Origin: Candidatus Oxydemutatoraceae bacterium
GTDB taxonomy: Bacteria > Pseudomonadota > Gammaproteobacteria > Poriferisulfidales > Oxydemutatoraceae
NCBI GenBank assembly: GCA_965219575.1
Contig: OZ244779.1
Location: 556,769 to 620,768, forward strand
DNA: 64,000 bases
Direction: 5' to 3'
Part shown: positions 10,005-20,107 of the stretch, piece by piece
How the letters are laid out: each line of letters starts with the position of its first letter
How positions within the stretch are numbered: position 1 is the stretch's first letter
The notes under the pieces: generated by a model
Database searches by the model: none
Seen by the model: only the letters and a program-made list of their open reading frames with translations
What the model was told of the DNA's origin: nothing
Position numbers and translations under genes: made by a program

Positions 10005-11431
10005 ATGAATGAAGAAATTAGAAAAAGAAAGGAAAAAGTAGAACAGCTTTTTAAGGATAAAAGTGGGATGAATTAATTCAGGTAGCTAACGAAATTATTG
10101 ATCTTAAAGCAGAGCCTTATGAGCAAGCGATAACAAACTTTTTTCTCGGTCGTGCCTATGAAGCAAAGGGGGACGATAGCCGTGCACTTGAAAATTATAC
10201 TCAAGCCATAGATCTGGAGCCTAGTTTCCCGCTTCCATACCTCGGTAGTGCCCACATATATGACAAAAGAGAAAAATATGAGTTTGTGCTGGAGAACCTT
10301 AGTAAAGCTATAAAATGTGATACATCTCTAAAATCTCATATTCCATTTGCTTATATTGCCTCACAAATTTTAGCGATAGATAAACTAGGGAAAAGCCAAC
10401 AATCCAAGGCTTTTAAAATTTATAGTAACTTATGGGGTACAATTATTCAGATACAGCACAAACTTTTTTGTAAAGAAGAGTCTAAAGCTGCCCATTACAC
10501 TTCTCTTGATACCCTTATAAACCTCTCTGAAATAGAAAGCCGCTTCCGGCTTTATAACGCAGACTATATGAATGACCCGGAAGAAGGACAAGTTTTTTTC
10601 AAAATAATGAACGAATATCAGACAAACATAAAAAAGCGGATAGACATAGAGGAATGGTTTTACAAGGATAAAGATAAGTCTTATCGCTCACCTGCTTATA
10701 TCGGTAGTTTTGTTCAGTTTGAAGAGGGAAACAAACAGAAAGACAAACTGTTTTTGTGGCGAACCTATGGAAAACATGATAACGAAGAAGCGGCTGGTGC
10801 TTGCTTGATTTTCAATAATAAGCAATGCTTTGCGGAAGATATGCGATACCAATTCGGTACTATGGCAGAAATGCAACTGGTCAATATAACGAGGAGTGAT
10901 GAAATAAAAGAGCACAATAATGTGAAGAAACCTGAGTTATATAAAATTTATTACCGAGGAGAAACAAATAATAAACTAGAGAAAGAATTAGAAAAACTAG
11001 CAGGTCAACTCATGAATATAAACCAATTTATAGAAAAAGTACATGCAGAGAAAATAAAAAGTGTGTGGCAACAAATGGAGGAAAGAAAAAAAACAGAAGA
11101 TGCATTGCGGCGACTTGTTTGCGAATTACTGGACAGTATCCGCTTTCTCTTCAAAGAAAGCCATTATCGTGAAGAAAATGAGGTGCGCGTTATCCAGTGG
11201 AATTATGGTGAGAAGGATGAGTCCTCAGAATCTAAAGTTGAGGTTGACGCGGAAAGTATCCCGCCGCGTCTCTATGTGGAAGCTCCGGAAAATTTCCAGT
11301 TTAGCGAGGTTATACTCGGGCCAAAAACGGAGCGTTATCAGGAGTGGGAGCAGTGGCTCAAGGAACAGGCGAAGAAACAGGACAGGAGTATTGAAATAAA
11401 ACGATCAGGAATCAAGTACGGAAAATCATAA
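10005..11431 (+). pseudogene. TPR + DUF2971 domain protein with a 1-nt frameshift near the 5' end
   Basis: The frame of ORF 10286 is open upstream with TPR motifs (LGRAYEAKGDDSRALENYTQAIDLEP). The ATG at 10005 joins it if one A is added at the A4 run 10059-10062. DUF2971 motifs HYTS, MNDPEEG, LWRTYG, E-EVR and VILGP are present. Confidence 0.75.
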
Positions 11432-11475
11432 CCATACACGGGGACGCAAGCAGTTGGGTTTGTGCAAGCATGTTC

Positions 11476-11589
11476 ACAACCACCCCGTCAGGCTGCGCCT
11501 GCCACCCCTCCAAAGGAGGGGAATTGATCAGTGCAGATACGTAACCACCCCGTCAGGCTGCGCCTGCCACCCCTCCAGAGGAGGGGAAT
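11476..11589. repeat. Modular repeat locus 2: two tandem palindrome A copies
   Basis: aaccaccccgtcaggctgcgcctgccacccctccNNNggaggggaat twice, period about 65 bp. Confidence 0.9.
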
Positions 11590-11695
11590 GATGGGTGAAC
11601 ATTTTAATTGTGCGGTTTTTTTAACAGCCAGATATTTCTAGGCTCTGTTACAATACTCAAGGAGCCTATCCTCTAAACACAATCGGGAGTTTACT

Positions 11696-11905
11696 ATGAG
11701 CAAAAAAAGAGAGAATGAGAATCCCTTTATCAAGGAGGTTGAGTCCGCCGCTTACGGGAATCCAAATGTTGACATGGATTTGTTTAGGCAATGGCTAGAG
11801 GTGGAAAAAATACTCGATAGTCTTCCAAAGATACCTGAACCAAAGCCGAAAAAAGTAAAGCCGCCTCGCTTGCAGCCAATTCCGCTTGAAATATTCGGTC
11901 GGTAA
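11696..11905 (+). CDS. Small hypothetical protein
   Basis: GGGAG RBS upstream; 69 aa with a Pro/Lys-rich tail. Confidence 0.55.
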   Translation: MSKKRENENPFIKEVESAAYGNPNVDMDLFRQWLEVEKILDSLPKIPEPKPKKVKPPRLQPIPLEIFGR

Positions 11906-12080
11906 ATCCTTTGTTGCCCTGCCTGTGTTAGTAGCGGAATGTCCCTCTGCTTGGGTAAACGAGCTGCAAAAAGCAAGACACTTTTCCTATAATTACACAA
12001 GACCAGCGATATTATCCTGAATGCCTTTTTGAGGATTGTAAAATAGAAGGGGAAATTGAAGAACAACAGGAGATGTTCTA

Positions 12081-12863
12081 ATGAATACAGAATCAATACA
12101 GAAATCTTTCAAGGAATCCGTCGCCGAGTCGGTTGAACTTTTCCCACATGGGGATAACAACTATCAAATAGCTACCCCTTTTCATTTTGATGACGGAGAC
12201 CACTTTGTTGTTATATTAAAGACAGATGAATCAGGTAGCTGGATTATAACGGACGAAGGACATACCTATATGCACATGAGCTACTATATGGACTTGTCTT
12301 CTCTGGACAACGGAAACCGTAATGAAATTATAGAAAGCTCTTTGGAAAAATATGGTGTTAAAGAAATAGAAGGGGAACTTATTGCTACGATTGATGAAAT
12401 TTCCAATGCAGGGAACACCCTCTACAATTTCATTCAGTGTCTGATGAGTATTATCGATGTTTCTTATCTCAGCCGAGAGATAGTGAGGTCTACATTTATG
12501 GAGGATTTCAAATCTTTTATTTGTGAATCGGTTGCCGAAGAGAGGGTTCAATTTGATTATAAAGAAGAAGCAAATGATCCTGACGGAAAATATAAAGTAG
12601 ATTGCAGAGTCAACGGCATGTCTCGCCCTTTGCACATATATGCCATAGGCAACGACGACAGATGTCGTGATACAACGATTACTATTCTGCAACATGAAAA
12701 GTGGAAACTCGATTTTTTTAGCATGGCAATTTTTGAGGATCAAGAAACCATCAACCGCAAAGTTCTGGCTCGTTTAACGGATGTTTGCGGCCGGCAGTTT
12801 TCTAGTTTGGCAACGAATAAAAAAAGGATTAGGGATTTCTTTGACGAAAAGATTAATGGGTAA
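12081..12863 (+). CDS. DUF1828 (+DUF1829-like) domain protein
   Basis: IATPFHFDDGDHFVVIL...WIITDEGHT motif; AGGAG RBS. Confidence 0.8.
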   Translation: MNTESIQKSFKESVAESVELFPHGDNNYQIATPFHFDDGDHFVVILKTDESGSWIITDEGHTYMHMSYYMDLSSLDNGNRNEIIESSLEKYGVKEIEGELIATIDEISNAGNTLYNFIQCLMSIIDVSYLSREIVRSTFMEDFKSFICESVAEERVQFDYKEEANDPDGKYKVDCRVNGMSRPLHIYAIGNDDRCRDTTITILQHEKWKLDFFSMAIFEDQETINRKVLARLTDVCGRQFSSLATNKKRIRDFFDEKING

Positions 12864-12871
12864 CGGCGACT

Positions 12872-13245
12872 AAATTGGATGAATGAATAAATAGTACAGA
12901 TACAACACAACCACCCCGTCAGGCTGCGCCTGCCACCCCTCCGAAGGAGGGGAATGTACCGGCATCGCACCTTGTACAGACACTTTGACAACCACCCCGT
13001 CAGGCTGCGCCTGCCACCCCTCCACAGGAGGGGAATGTACCGGCATCGCACCTTGTACAGACACTTTGACAACCACCCCGTCAGGCTGAATAGAACCGCC
13101 GATTGAACCAGTAGGTCAATCGGCGTGACATTATGCAGAACCTGAACATGATTGCTAAACGCATGCATTGCAAAATGCATAGGCCACCCCTCCGAAGGAG
13201 GGGAATTGATCAGTGCAGACACTTCGGGGGCTGTTGAAAAAGTAT
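12872..13245. repeat. Modular repeat locus 3: 81-bp tandem palindrome A units, hairpin D and a lone TIR
   Basis: Units start at 12907, 12988 and 13069; gccgattgaaccagtaggtcaatcggc; ggggctgttgaaaaagt. Confidence 0.9.
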
Positions 13246-13410
13246 TCTCAAGACACCTTTAGGGTGGATATTCCCCTCCTTCGCGAGGGAATATCACCTT
13301 CTAATATACCGTTCAACATGTATTTACTACCGTTCATCCATTTGTCTCTCCTCCTACTCAATACCGGGTTTAGGGTAGATGTTTTACACCCAATTTATAG
13401 GAGATTTACT

Positions 13411-14359
13411 ATGAATGAAAAACATCTCGGATACTTAGACTTGACAAAAGATATTTCCTTTAAGCGATACTTCTCGATCAATAAGCAGGTACTGTTCTCA
13501 TTGATTAAGAGCTTTCTGCCGACCCCCGATAATGCGCCGGATATGATGATACTCAACCCCGGCATACTCAACCCTGCATCCAAAACCGCAAATCAACAAA
13601 ACCAATCGGGCGATATGCTACATCTGCAGGATAGTTCTATCCCACCGGACACACCGGGTGGCAAACAGGTTGTGCTAGACCTCCATGTCAAGTTACATAG
13701 CGGTGAGAATATCGACATAGAGATGCAGGGCTATTCTCAAAAGGACTTCTTTAGTAGAATGTTGGCTTATTGGGTGCAGTTGCACTCTTATGGTATGAGG
13801 CGTGGACAGAAGTTTGATCAGATTGATCCGAGCTACTTACTGGTGTTTACCCGGTTCACGGTGTTTGATGAAGAGGACTATATAAACGAGACCACAATCA
13901 CTCTGCGTAAGCATCGGCATAAGGAATTGACTAAGGACTTTGGGTTGGTGATAGTGGAATTGAGCAAGTTCAACAAGAGCCACCTTGAGTTGGTTGATAT
14001 GACGGATAGGTGGTGCTATCATCAAGCACTCGGCGGAATTGACGGCTGAGCAAGTAAAGCATTTATCACAAGACGGAGAGACGAAGATGGCATTAAAACA
14101 TTTAGAGGAGATATCAAAAGAGGATATAGATTGCTGGAACGCTATATCCATAGAGAGACGAGAGTGGGAACGGCACTTGAGAGAGCAAGAGATCATGGAA
14201 GAAGTCAAAGCAGAAGGGTTGGCTGAAGGTAAAGTAAAAAGAGAGCACGAAATTGCTTTGAACATGTTGCAAGAGAATTATGAGGTTTCTGAGATTTCAA
14301 AATTGACAGGTTTATCTGCTGACGAGATTAAACAGCTAAAGAGTAGAACTGCCGATTGA
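13411..14359 (+). pseudogene. Rpn family (PD-(D/E)XK_2) nuclease / putative transposase, frameshifted
   Basis: AGGAG RBS then MNEK; DISFKRYF, LDL and IDIEMQ motifs; frameshift after DRWCY (about 14019) into IKHSAELTAEQ; C-terminal EGLAEG..IALNML..ISKLTGLS. Confidence 0.85.
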
Positions 14360-14690
14360 GCCGATAGGTCAATCGACAGAGACGAGACGAGCCTTTTAAC
14401 TATTTAGGTGGATAAATGGATAATTGTGCAGACATTTTGGGGGCTGTTGAAGAAGTGAGGGCATCGCACAACACCAACCGCCCTGCGCCAACAAATAATG
14501 GTTTCCATAAATTGGATGGATGAATGAATGTATAAATCATACAGATACGACACAACCACCCCGTCAGGCTGCGCCTGCCACCCCTCCAAAGGAGGGGAAT
14601 GTACCAGCACTATAATTGTGCAGACACTTTTGCGACCACCCCTCCACAGGAGGGGAATGGGCCGGCACTATAATCGTGCGGACACTTCTG
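14343..14690. repeat. Modular repeat locus 4: hairpin D, lone TIR, internal module, palindrome A
   Basis: gccgattgagccgataggtcaatcg; gggctgttgaagaagt; ggtttccataaattggatggatgaatg; about 1.5 copies of A. Confidence 0.85.
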
Positions 14691-14695
14691 GATGC

Positions 14696-15601
14696 CTAGA
14701 CCATCTCATAGCTCTTGATGATTAAGGCTTTTCTCTGTTCAAAGTCATCGGTAGTTGATATTTTTAATTCTAAGCCGCAGGCACCATAGTGGCCGGTACT
14801 CCCGACATCTTTTAACAATTCATCTTCTAAATTTTCTTTTGCAGGGTCTAGTCTCAAATAAAGCAGAATGTGCCTAGCTTGAGGTTTTATTTTCAGGCGA
14901 ACGAAGGTTTTAATTCTATTGTATGCCTTATAATGTTTCAGTTCTTTTACCTGCACATCATCACCAAGATCCAAGATAAAATTTTCAATAAAATGATACA
15001 AATCCGTTAATTCTGAATCTGCCTGCTCTAGATATTCCCCGAAAATCTTCTGAGTCGTATTCTTTTTTCTATTATCTGTTTCCATGCGCCCGGTTGCGGT
15101 TTGTGAATTAACCAACTCAAATAAAAGCATATCCTCATCGAATTTTCTGTATCTAATCAGCTCTATATTACGGTTTATTTGCTTGACCGCATGCTCGTCA
15201 TATCTCTTAAAATCACTGGCGATACACAAAAGCCTCGGAGCCGACCATTCTATTTTTTCGATATGATCTTTGCCGAGCTTTTTCAGAACCAAAAGTTCAA
15301 ACGCAGCCTTATGATCCATCAGCCAGTCAAGATAAAAGAGTCCTTGATTGATCACATTCTCGGATTGCGAGCGTTTGTATTCAATAATCACGGGGCAATT
15401 ATCCTCGTCTATGCCGAGTGTATCGATACGCCCTCTATGTTCTTTACCCGTAGAATATTCCGTCGCTAAAAATTTGATACCGAATATCTCTTCCAAGTTA
15501 TGCTCTATCAGAGTCTGCAAAGGTTTCTCCAAAGCAAAAGAGACTGTCGTTAATTCTTCAACCTTGTCGTTGTTCAATTTGAAAAGTTTTAGATCACTCA
15601 T
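14696..15601 (-). CDS. DUF91/NucS-like PD-(D/E)XK + DUF5655 domain protein
   Basis: LEKPLQTLIE, GRIDTLG.D, VIIEYKR, QGLFYLDWL and GHYG motifs; likely start MSDLKLF. Confidence 0.8.
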   Translation of the reverse strand: MSDLKLFKLNNDKVEELTTVSFALEKPLQTLIEHNLEEIFGIKFLATEYSTGKEHRGRIDTLGIDEDNCPVIIEYKRSQSENVINQGLFYLDWLMDHKAAFELLVLKKLGKDHIEKIEWSAPRLLCIASDFKRYDEHAVKQINRNIELIRYRKFDEDMLLFELVNSQTATGRMETDNRKKNTTQKIFGEYLEQADSELTDLYHFIENFILDLGDDVQVKELKHYKAYNRIKTFVRLKIKPQARHILLYLRLDPAKENLEDELLKDVGSTGHYGACGLELKISTTDDFEQRKALIIKSYEMV

Positions 15602-15798
15602 TAATATCAATACCCTTTTTAATTTTTCAATATATGATTTCCCCAAAGACTAGGATTTTATGCTGATTATTATACGCAAGCTACAATAGATGCAAGTATC
15701 GCGAGCCGATGCCGTTGCGGCACATTCCTCTGAAAATATCGCTGATTTCTGTTATTATTAACACCTCAACATTTCAATTCGAAACATAGGTAAAAGAC

Positions 15799-15999
15799 AT
15801 GACCAAGCAAGAAAAAATCCAGCAGCTGATAGAGATGCAAAAAAAGTTCATTGAAAAAGAGCAGAATACAGGTGTCTCAATGCAGGAGTATTTCTCTCCC
15901 GATAAGCAATCCGAACTTCATGGTTATAGCGAAAATTATATGAAAATCGCAATGGAGATAGTGGCGGATGCACATCAGGAGGTTGGATCGAAACCCTAG
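15799..15999 (+). CDS. Small hypothetical protein
   Basis: 66-aa helical-looking ORF with AGGT RBS. Confidence 0.7.
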   Translation: MTKQEKIQQLIEMQKKFIEKEQNTGVSMQEYFSPDKQSELHGYSENYMKIAMEIVADAHQEVGSKP

Positions 16000-16042
16000 G
16001 CATCTATCGCCGAAGTCTGGCATGTGCGTTGTATCGGCACAT

Positions 16043-16741
16043 GGGATTGTTGAAAAAGTACCGTTTTGCACAACTGCGGTGTTGCTACATTCCCCTCCTT
16101 TGGAGGGGTGGCAGGCGCAGCCTGACGGGGTGGTTGCCGAAGGTCTGCAACACCATAACCGCTTGCGCCACATAATTATGATAACCACAAAGTCGTAGGG
16201 GCAGACCTGTGTGTCTGCCCAAAACGATACCGTTCTGCACAGCCGTAACCGCTTGCGCCGTATGGTTTTGGTTTCCATAAATCGGATGAATGAATGTATA
16301 AATCGTGCAGATGCAACGCGTTACGGGCAGAACAGAGCCGCCGATTGAGCCAGTAGGTCAATCGGCAATTTAATTTTAGTCCGCCCCTACCACTCTATGA
16401 AATACTTTTTCAACAGTCCCCGAAGGTCTGCAACACCGTAACCGCTTGCGCCACATAATTATGATAACCACAAAGTCGTAGGGGCAGACCTGTGTGTCTG
16501 CCCAAAACGATACCGTTCTGTACAAACTCAACCGCTTGCGCCAACAAATAATGGTTTCCATAAATTGGATGGATGAATGTATAAATCGTGCAGATGCAAC
16601 GCGTTACGGGCAGAACAGAGCCGCCGATTGAGCCAGTAGGTCAATCGGCAATTTAATGTTAGTCCGCCCCTACGGGTGGTTTGCAAATATTCATGGCGCA
16701 AGCGGTTACGGTTGCACGCTGACGATACTTTTTCAACAGCC
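16043..16741. mobile_element. Composite MITE-like element (repeat locus 5) with an internal tandem duplication of about 283 bp
   Basis: Outer TIRs gggattgttgaaaaagt / actttttcaacagcc; units begin at about 16138 and 16421; contains A, GTAG-REPs and nested D. Confidence 0.8.
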
Positions 16742-17421
16742 TAAATCTGTGTCCACATTCTAAACAGGTTCGTATATAGCCATTCTAGTTCTTTACTCTC
16801 TCGAGAGTCGGGGGCTTTAGCTTTTATGCGGTTTTGCACTTTGCCGATTCTATATATTAGTTCACGGTGTAGAGGATTCGGTATTAGGCTTTGTATCCAA
16901 GTCACAGCAACCAGACGGCAACCGCTTTTAATGGGTTCAACCCGATGGGTGGTTGTTGCCGTGTATAGCACGGCATCGCCGGCGGGATATTTGGCGGTAT
17001 GCGTATCGTCGTCTTCCAGTATGCCGATAAGCAGTTCGCCGCCCTCGTATTCGCCCGGGTTATTTAGAAAAATAGTCATTGCGATATCGGAACGATAGAG
17101 ATGCGGTGGTTGTCCCATCACCGGGTTATCGGTATGATCGCCGTAATAGTCTCCTTGACGATATGAAGCGTAGTAGGGTTCGGCAATTTTATGCGGCAAG
17201 GCAATCGCTTGATACTCGGGGTGGGTAATGAGTTTGGGCATAACGATTGCATTGAGTTTTTCTAGGGTGGCATCGGTGTTTGAGACCTCTTGGTTGTTTT
17301 TATTCGGGCGGGCATATTTGCCTGCCGACAGGCGACCGTCTACGAAACGAGCCTGTCTGAGCAGTTCGTTAATCTTGCTTAAATCGTCGGCAGAGAGTAA
17401 TGCGTTTATTCGGTATATCAT
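16741..17421 (-). CDS. PKHD-type Fe(II)/2-oxoglutarate dioxygenase (PiuC/YbiX family)
   Basis: FVDGRLSAG, K.N.E, H.DN, RSDIAMTIFL, YEGGEL and HRVEPI..G.R motifs. Confidence 0.9.
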   Translation of the reverse strand: MIYRINALLSADDLSKINELLRQARFVDGRLSAGKYARPNKNNQEVSNTDATLEKLNAIVMPKLITHPEYQAIALPHKIAEPYYASYRQGDYYGDHTDNPVMGQPPHLYRSDIAMTIFLNNPGEYEGGELLIGILEDDDTHTAKYPAGDAVLYTATTTHRVEPIKSGCRLVAVTWIQSLIPNPLHRELIYRIGKVQNRIKAKAPDSRESKELEWLYTNLFRMWTQI

Positions 17422-18173
17422 TATTGGGGGTCAAAGCTCCGCAAGTTATGGCGCAACACGACCTCTATTTGGGAAGCCTTCAGTGCGCTTCCTATTCTTT
17501 GGGCTTGCTCCAGTTCACTGTAGGGACCTAGCCACACTCTATGGTATTGTGCGTCTTTGTAGGCAGCTTGGAAAATATGCACATCTTTATAGCCCAAGTC
17601 GACAATTTTGCGTCGTTGTATTTGTGCTTGTAGCGCAGTTGTGAAAGTGCCGGCTTGTAAGATATAGCGCGTCGGTGATGTGTCTTCGTTATTACCATTA
17701 CCTGCATCGTCTTTGCCTGCCTTTCCATCGACTCTATCGTTTGCGTCATTTCCGGAAAAATCTTCGCCTACCGCGCTTGGAATAATTGTCAGCTCGGTCT
17801 GATCCTGAGGGGGTGTATCGGCGGTGGGTGCCGGCGGCAATTCAAACTCTTCTAGTTCCTTATAGAATTGATAATCTATAGATTGACTATTGGGTCGATC
17901 TTTAGATGCTTCGGTCGAAGCAGAGGCCTCCGGCTGTGTCTTGTTATCGGCTGTGTCGGAAGCAGCCGACTCGGTATATGCACTATTACCACCGGCAGTT
18001 GAATGATAGTTGTTTAGGTATGTTATAAAAAGTGCACCTGCAACAAGCAATCCGGACAAAAAGCCCACCCCGAAAATGCTTGCCGTCTTCTTGAATGTAC
18101 TGTCACCGCTTGTGTTTTTCTTCGTCGGTGGTTGCGTAGCCAATGATTTCTTCTTGTAGTCTTTCATTGCCAT
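17421..18173 (-). CDS. SPOR domain cell-division protein (FtsN-like)
   Basis: N-terminal TM, YQFYKEL, SPOR motifs YILQAGTF and HRVWLGPY; lies downstream of argS. Confidence 0.85.
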   Translation of the reverse strand: MAMKDYKKKSLATQPPTKKNTSGDSTFKKTASIFGVGFLSGLLVAGALFITYLNNYHSTAGGNSAYTESAASDTADNKTQPEASASTEASKDRPNSQSIDYQFYKELEEFELPPAPTADTPPQDQTELTIIPSAVGEDFSGNDANDRVDGKAGKDDAGNGNNEDTSPTRYILQAGTFTTALQAQIQRRKIVDLGYKDVHIFQAAYKDAQYHRVWLGPYSELEQAQRIGSALKASQIEVVLRHNLRSFDPQ

Positions 18174-18183
18174 CTATAAATGC

Positions 18184-19923
18184 TTACATACGCTCGGGCG
18201 CGGATGCTCCGAGCATAGTCAGTCCGTTGAATAGTATATGCTTCACCGCCGCAATCAATAACAATCGAGCGTTGCGCAGTTGTTCGTCGTCCACTAGAAA
18301 GCGGTAGTGGTTATAGTAGCTATGAAAATCGGTTGCCAGTCCGCGCAAGTATTCCAATAATACTTGTGGTTCTTTGGTCTCGGCAGCCGCCGGCAATACC
18401 GAAGTATAGCGCAATAGCGACTTCATCAGTGTACGCTCTTCGGCTTCTTTTAAGCGATCGAGTTCGGCAGCAACGATGGTGTAGCTATAACCTTGCTCTT
18501 TCATTTGTCTGAACACGCTACAAATTCTGGCATGCGCATACTGCAAGTAATAGAGTGGATTGTCGTTGCTTTGGGATTTGGCAAGTTCCATGTCGAAGTC
18601 TATGTGTTGGGTATATTTGCGCATCATATAAAACAAGTGCATCGCATCGCTGCCGATTTGTTTTCTAATTGCGGACAGCGGAATGAATTGTCCGCCGCGG
18701 GTAGACATTGCGGTCTTTAGACCGCTCCGGTAAAGGTTGACGAATTGCACCAATATGACATGCAGTTTGTCGGCATCCAACCCTAAGGCTTCAATCGCCG
18801 CGCGCAACCGTGCCACATAACCGTGGTGGTCGGCACCCCAGATATTAATAACGAGGTCGTAGTCCCTTTGGTATTTATCTAAATGGTATGCGATATCGGC
18901 GGCAAAATAGGTGCTTTGTTCGTTGGAGCGCACCAAAACCCGATCTTTCTCATCGCCGAAATCGGTTGAGCGAAACCACCGCGCACCTTCTTTTTCGTAG
19001 AGCATGCCGCGCCCATCCAGTTGCGCAATCGTTTTGTTTATTTGATCCTCGGAACGCAACGAGGACTCGAAGAACCAATTGTCATAGACGATACCGAATA
19101 GTTTTAACTCTGCCTTGATAACTTTCATCATCATGTTCAATGCCTCTGTATAGACGGTTGAATAGCGCGTGGTTCCGAGTTCTTGTTTCATGCAGCTCAG
19201 CAAACAATCCAAATGTTTCTCCTGCGCTTCATCATCGGTATCACTCGCCGTTTCGGGTTGCCAATTTGCGACATAAAATTGTTCGCCTTGTTGGCGATGG
19301 AGCTGGGCAGCCATATCCCAGATATAGTCGCCGTGGTAGGCTTTTGCCGGAAACTCGGACTTGCCACCGCACAGTTCCAAATAGCGTAACCATACGGAGA
19401 GGCTCAGCATTTCCATCTGTCGCCCGCAATCGTTGACATAATACTCACATTCAACGCAATAACCATTTGCTTTGAGTATGTTGGCAAGGGCGGCACCGAA
19501 GGCGGCACCGCGCCCGTGCCCGATATGCAGGGGACCGGTAGGATTCGCCGATACGAACTCCAGTAATGCACGACCTCGGCTGCCGGCCGGCGCACATCCG
19601 TATTGAGCCCCTCGACGAACGATCTCCAAAACCACCTCTGCATAGGCTTTTTCTTTTAAGTGAAAATTGATAAAACCGGGACCTGCGATTGCAACCTGCT
19701 CTATAAAATCCGACTCGGGTAATTCGACAATAATACGGTCGGCTAAATCACGCGCTGCCATCTTTGCCGACGACGCAAGTGTTAGTGCGATATTGCTGGA
19801 ATAGTCACCGTGGGCACTCTCTCGTGTTAGTTGCACCTCGGGTTCAATTACCGTAGGCAGAATACCCGCCCTGTGCAGAGTTATTAGGCTATCGCCGATC
19901 CATTGTTTAATTTGTGCATGCAT
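18184..19923 (-). CDS. argS: Arginine--tRNA ligase
   Basis: EFVSANPTGPLHIGHGR, GADHHGY, YYLQYAHARI and terminal APERM. Confidence 0.98.
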   Translation of the reverse strand: MHAQIKQWIGDSLITLHRAGILPTVIEPEVQLTRESAHGDYSSNIALTLASSAKMAARDLADRIIVELPESDFIEQVAIAGPGFINFHLKEKAYAEVVLEIVRRGAQYGCAPAGSRGRALLEFVSANPTGPLHIGHGRGAAFGAALANILKANGYCVECEYYVNDCGRQMEMLSLSVWLRYLELCGGKSEFPAKAYHGDYIWDMAAQLHRQQGEQFYVANWQPETASDTDDEAQEKHLDCLLSCMKQELGTTRYSTVYTEALNMMMKVIKAELKLFGIVYDNWFFESSLRSEDQINKTIAQLDGRGMLYEKEGARWFRSTDFGDEKDRVLVRSNEQSTYFAADIAYHLDKYQRDYDLVINIWGADHHGYVARLRAAIEALGLDADKLHVILVQFVNLYRSGLKTAMSTRGGQFIPLSAIRKQIGSDAMHLFYMMRKYTQHIDFDMELAKSQSNDNPLYYLQYAHARICSVFRQMKEQGYSYTIVAAELDRLKEAEERTLMKSLLRYTSVLPAAAETKEPQVLLEYLRGLATDFHSYYNHYRFLVDDEQLRNARLLLIAAVKHILFNGLTMLGASAPERM

Positions 19924-20107
19924 GGAACGGACATTTTACCAGTTATTCAATAATCGTCGGCATGTTCAAATGGAAATCTTGTTTTATGGGAACCACCATT
20001 CCCTTCCTGCGACGGTGTGGTCGTGGCGTGTCTGCACGAGTAAAGAGGTGCAACATTGAAAGAATACGGCGCGTTTGGCGTAGCTTTATCGAAGGTAAAC
20101 TGAGTTC

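Noticed and set aside
12907-13088. CRISPR-like array (about 49-bp palindromic repeat with about 32-bp spacers)
   Set aside because: The two spacers are identical, the repeat is dispersed across the window and no cas genes are present. It is an 81-bp tandem repeat.
16159-16186. Xer-like site within the repeat arm (ttgcgccacataattatgataacc)
   Set aside because: Arm spacing is wrong, the match is weak and it is not conserved across arm alleles.
15877-16561. Recurring short ORFs such as METKTIRRKRLRLC, TTPSGCACHPS and HSPPLEGWQAQPDGVV (also at 20324, 23559, 44524-44938, 47689 and 62193-62792)
   Set aside because: They are translations of the non-coding repeat modules in inconsistent frames and strands, with no RBS or conserved length.
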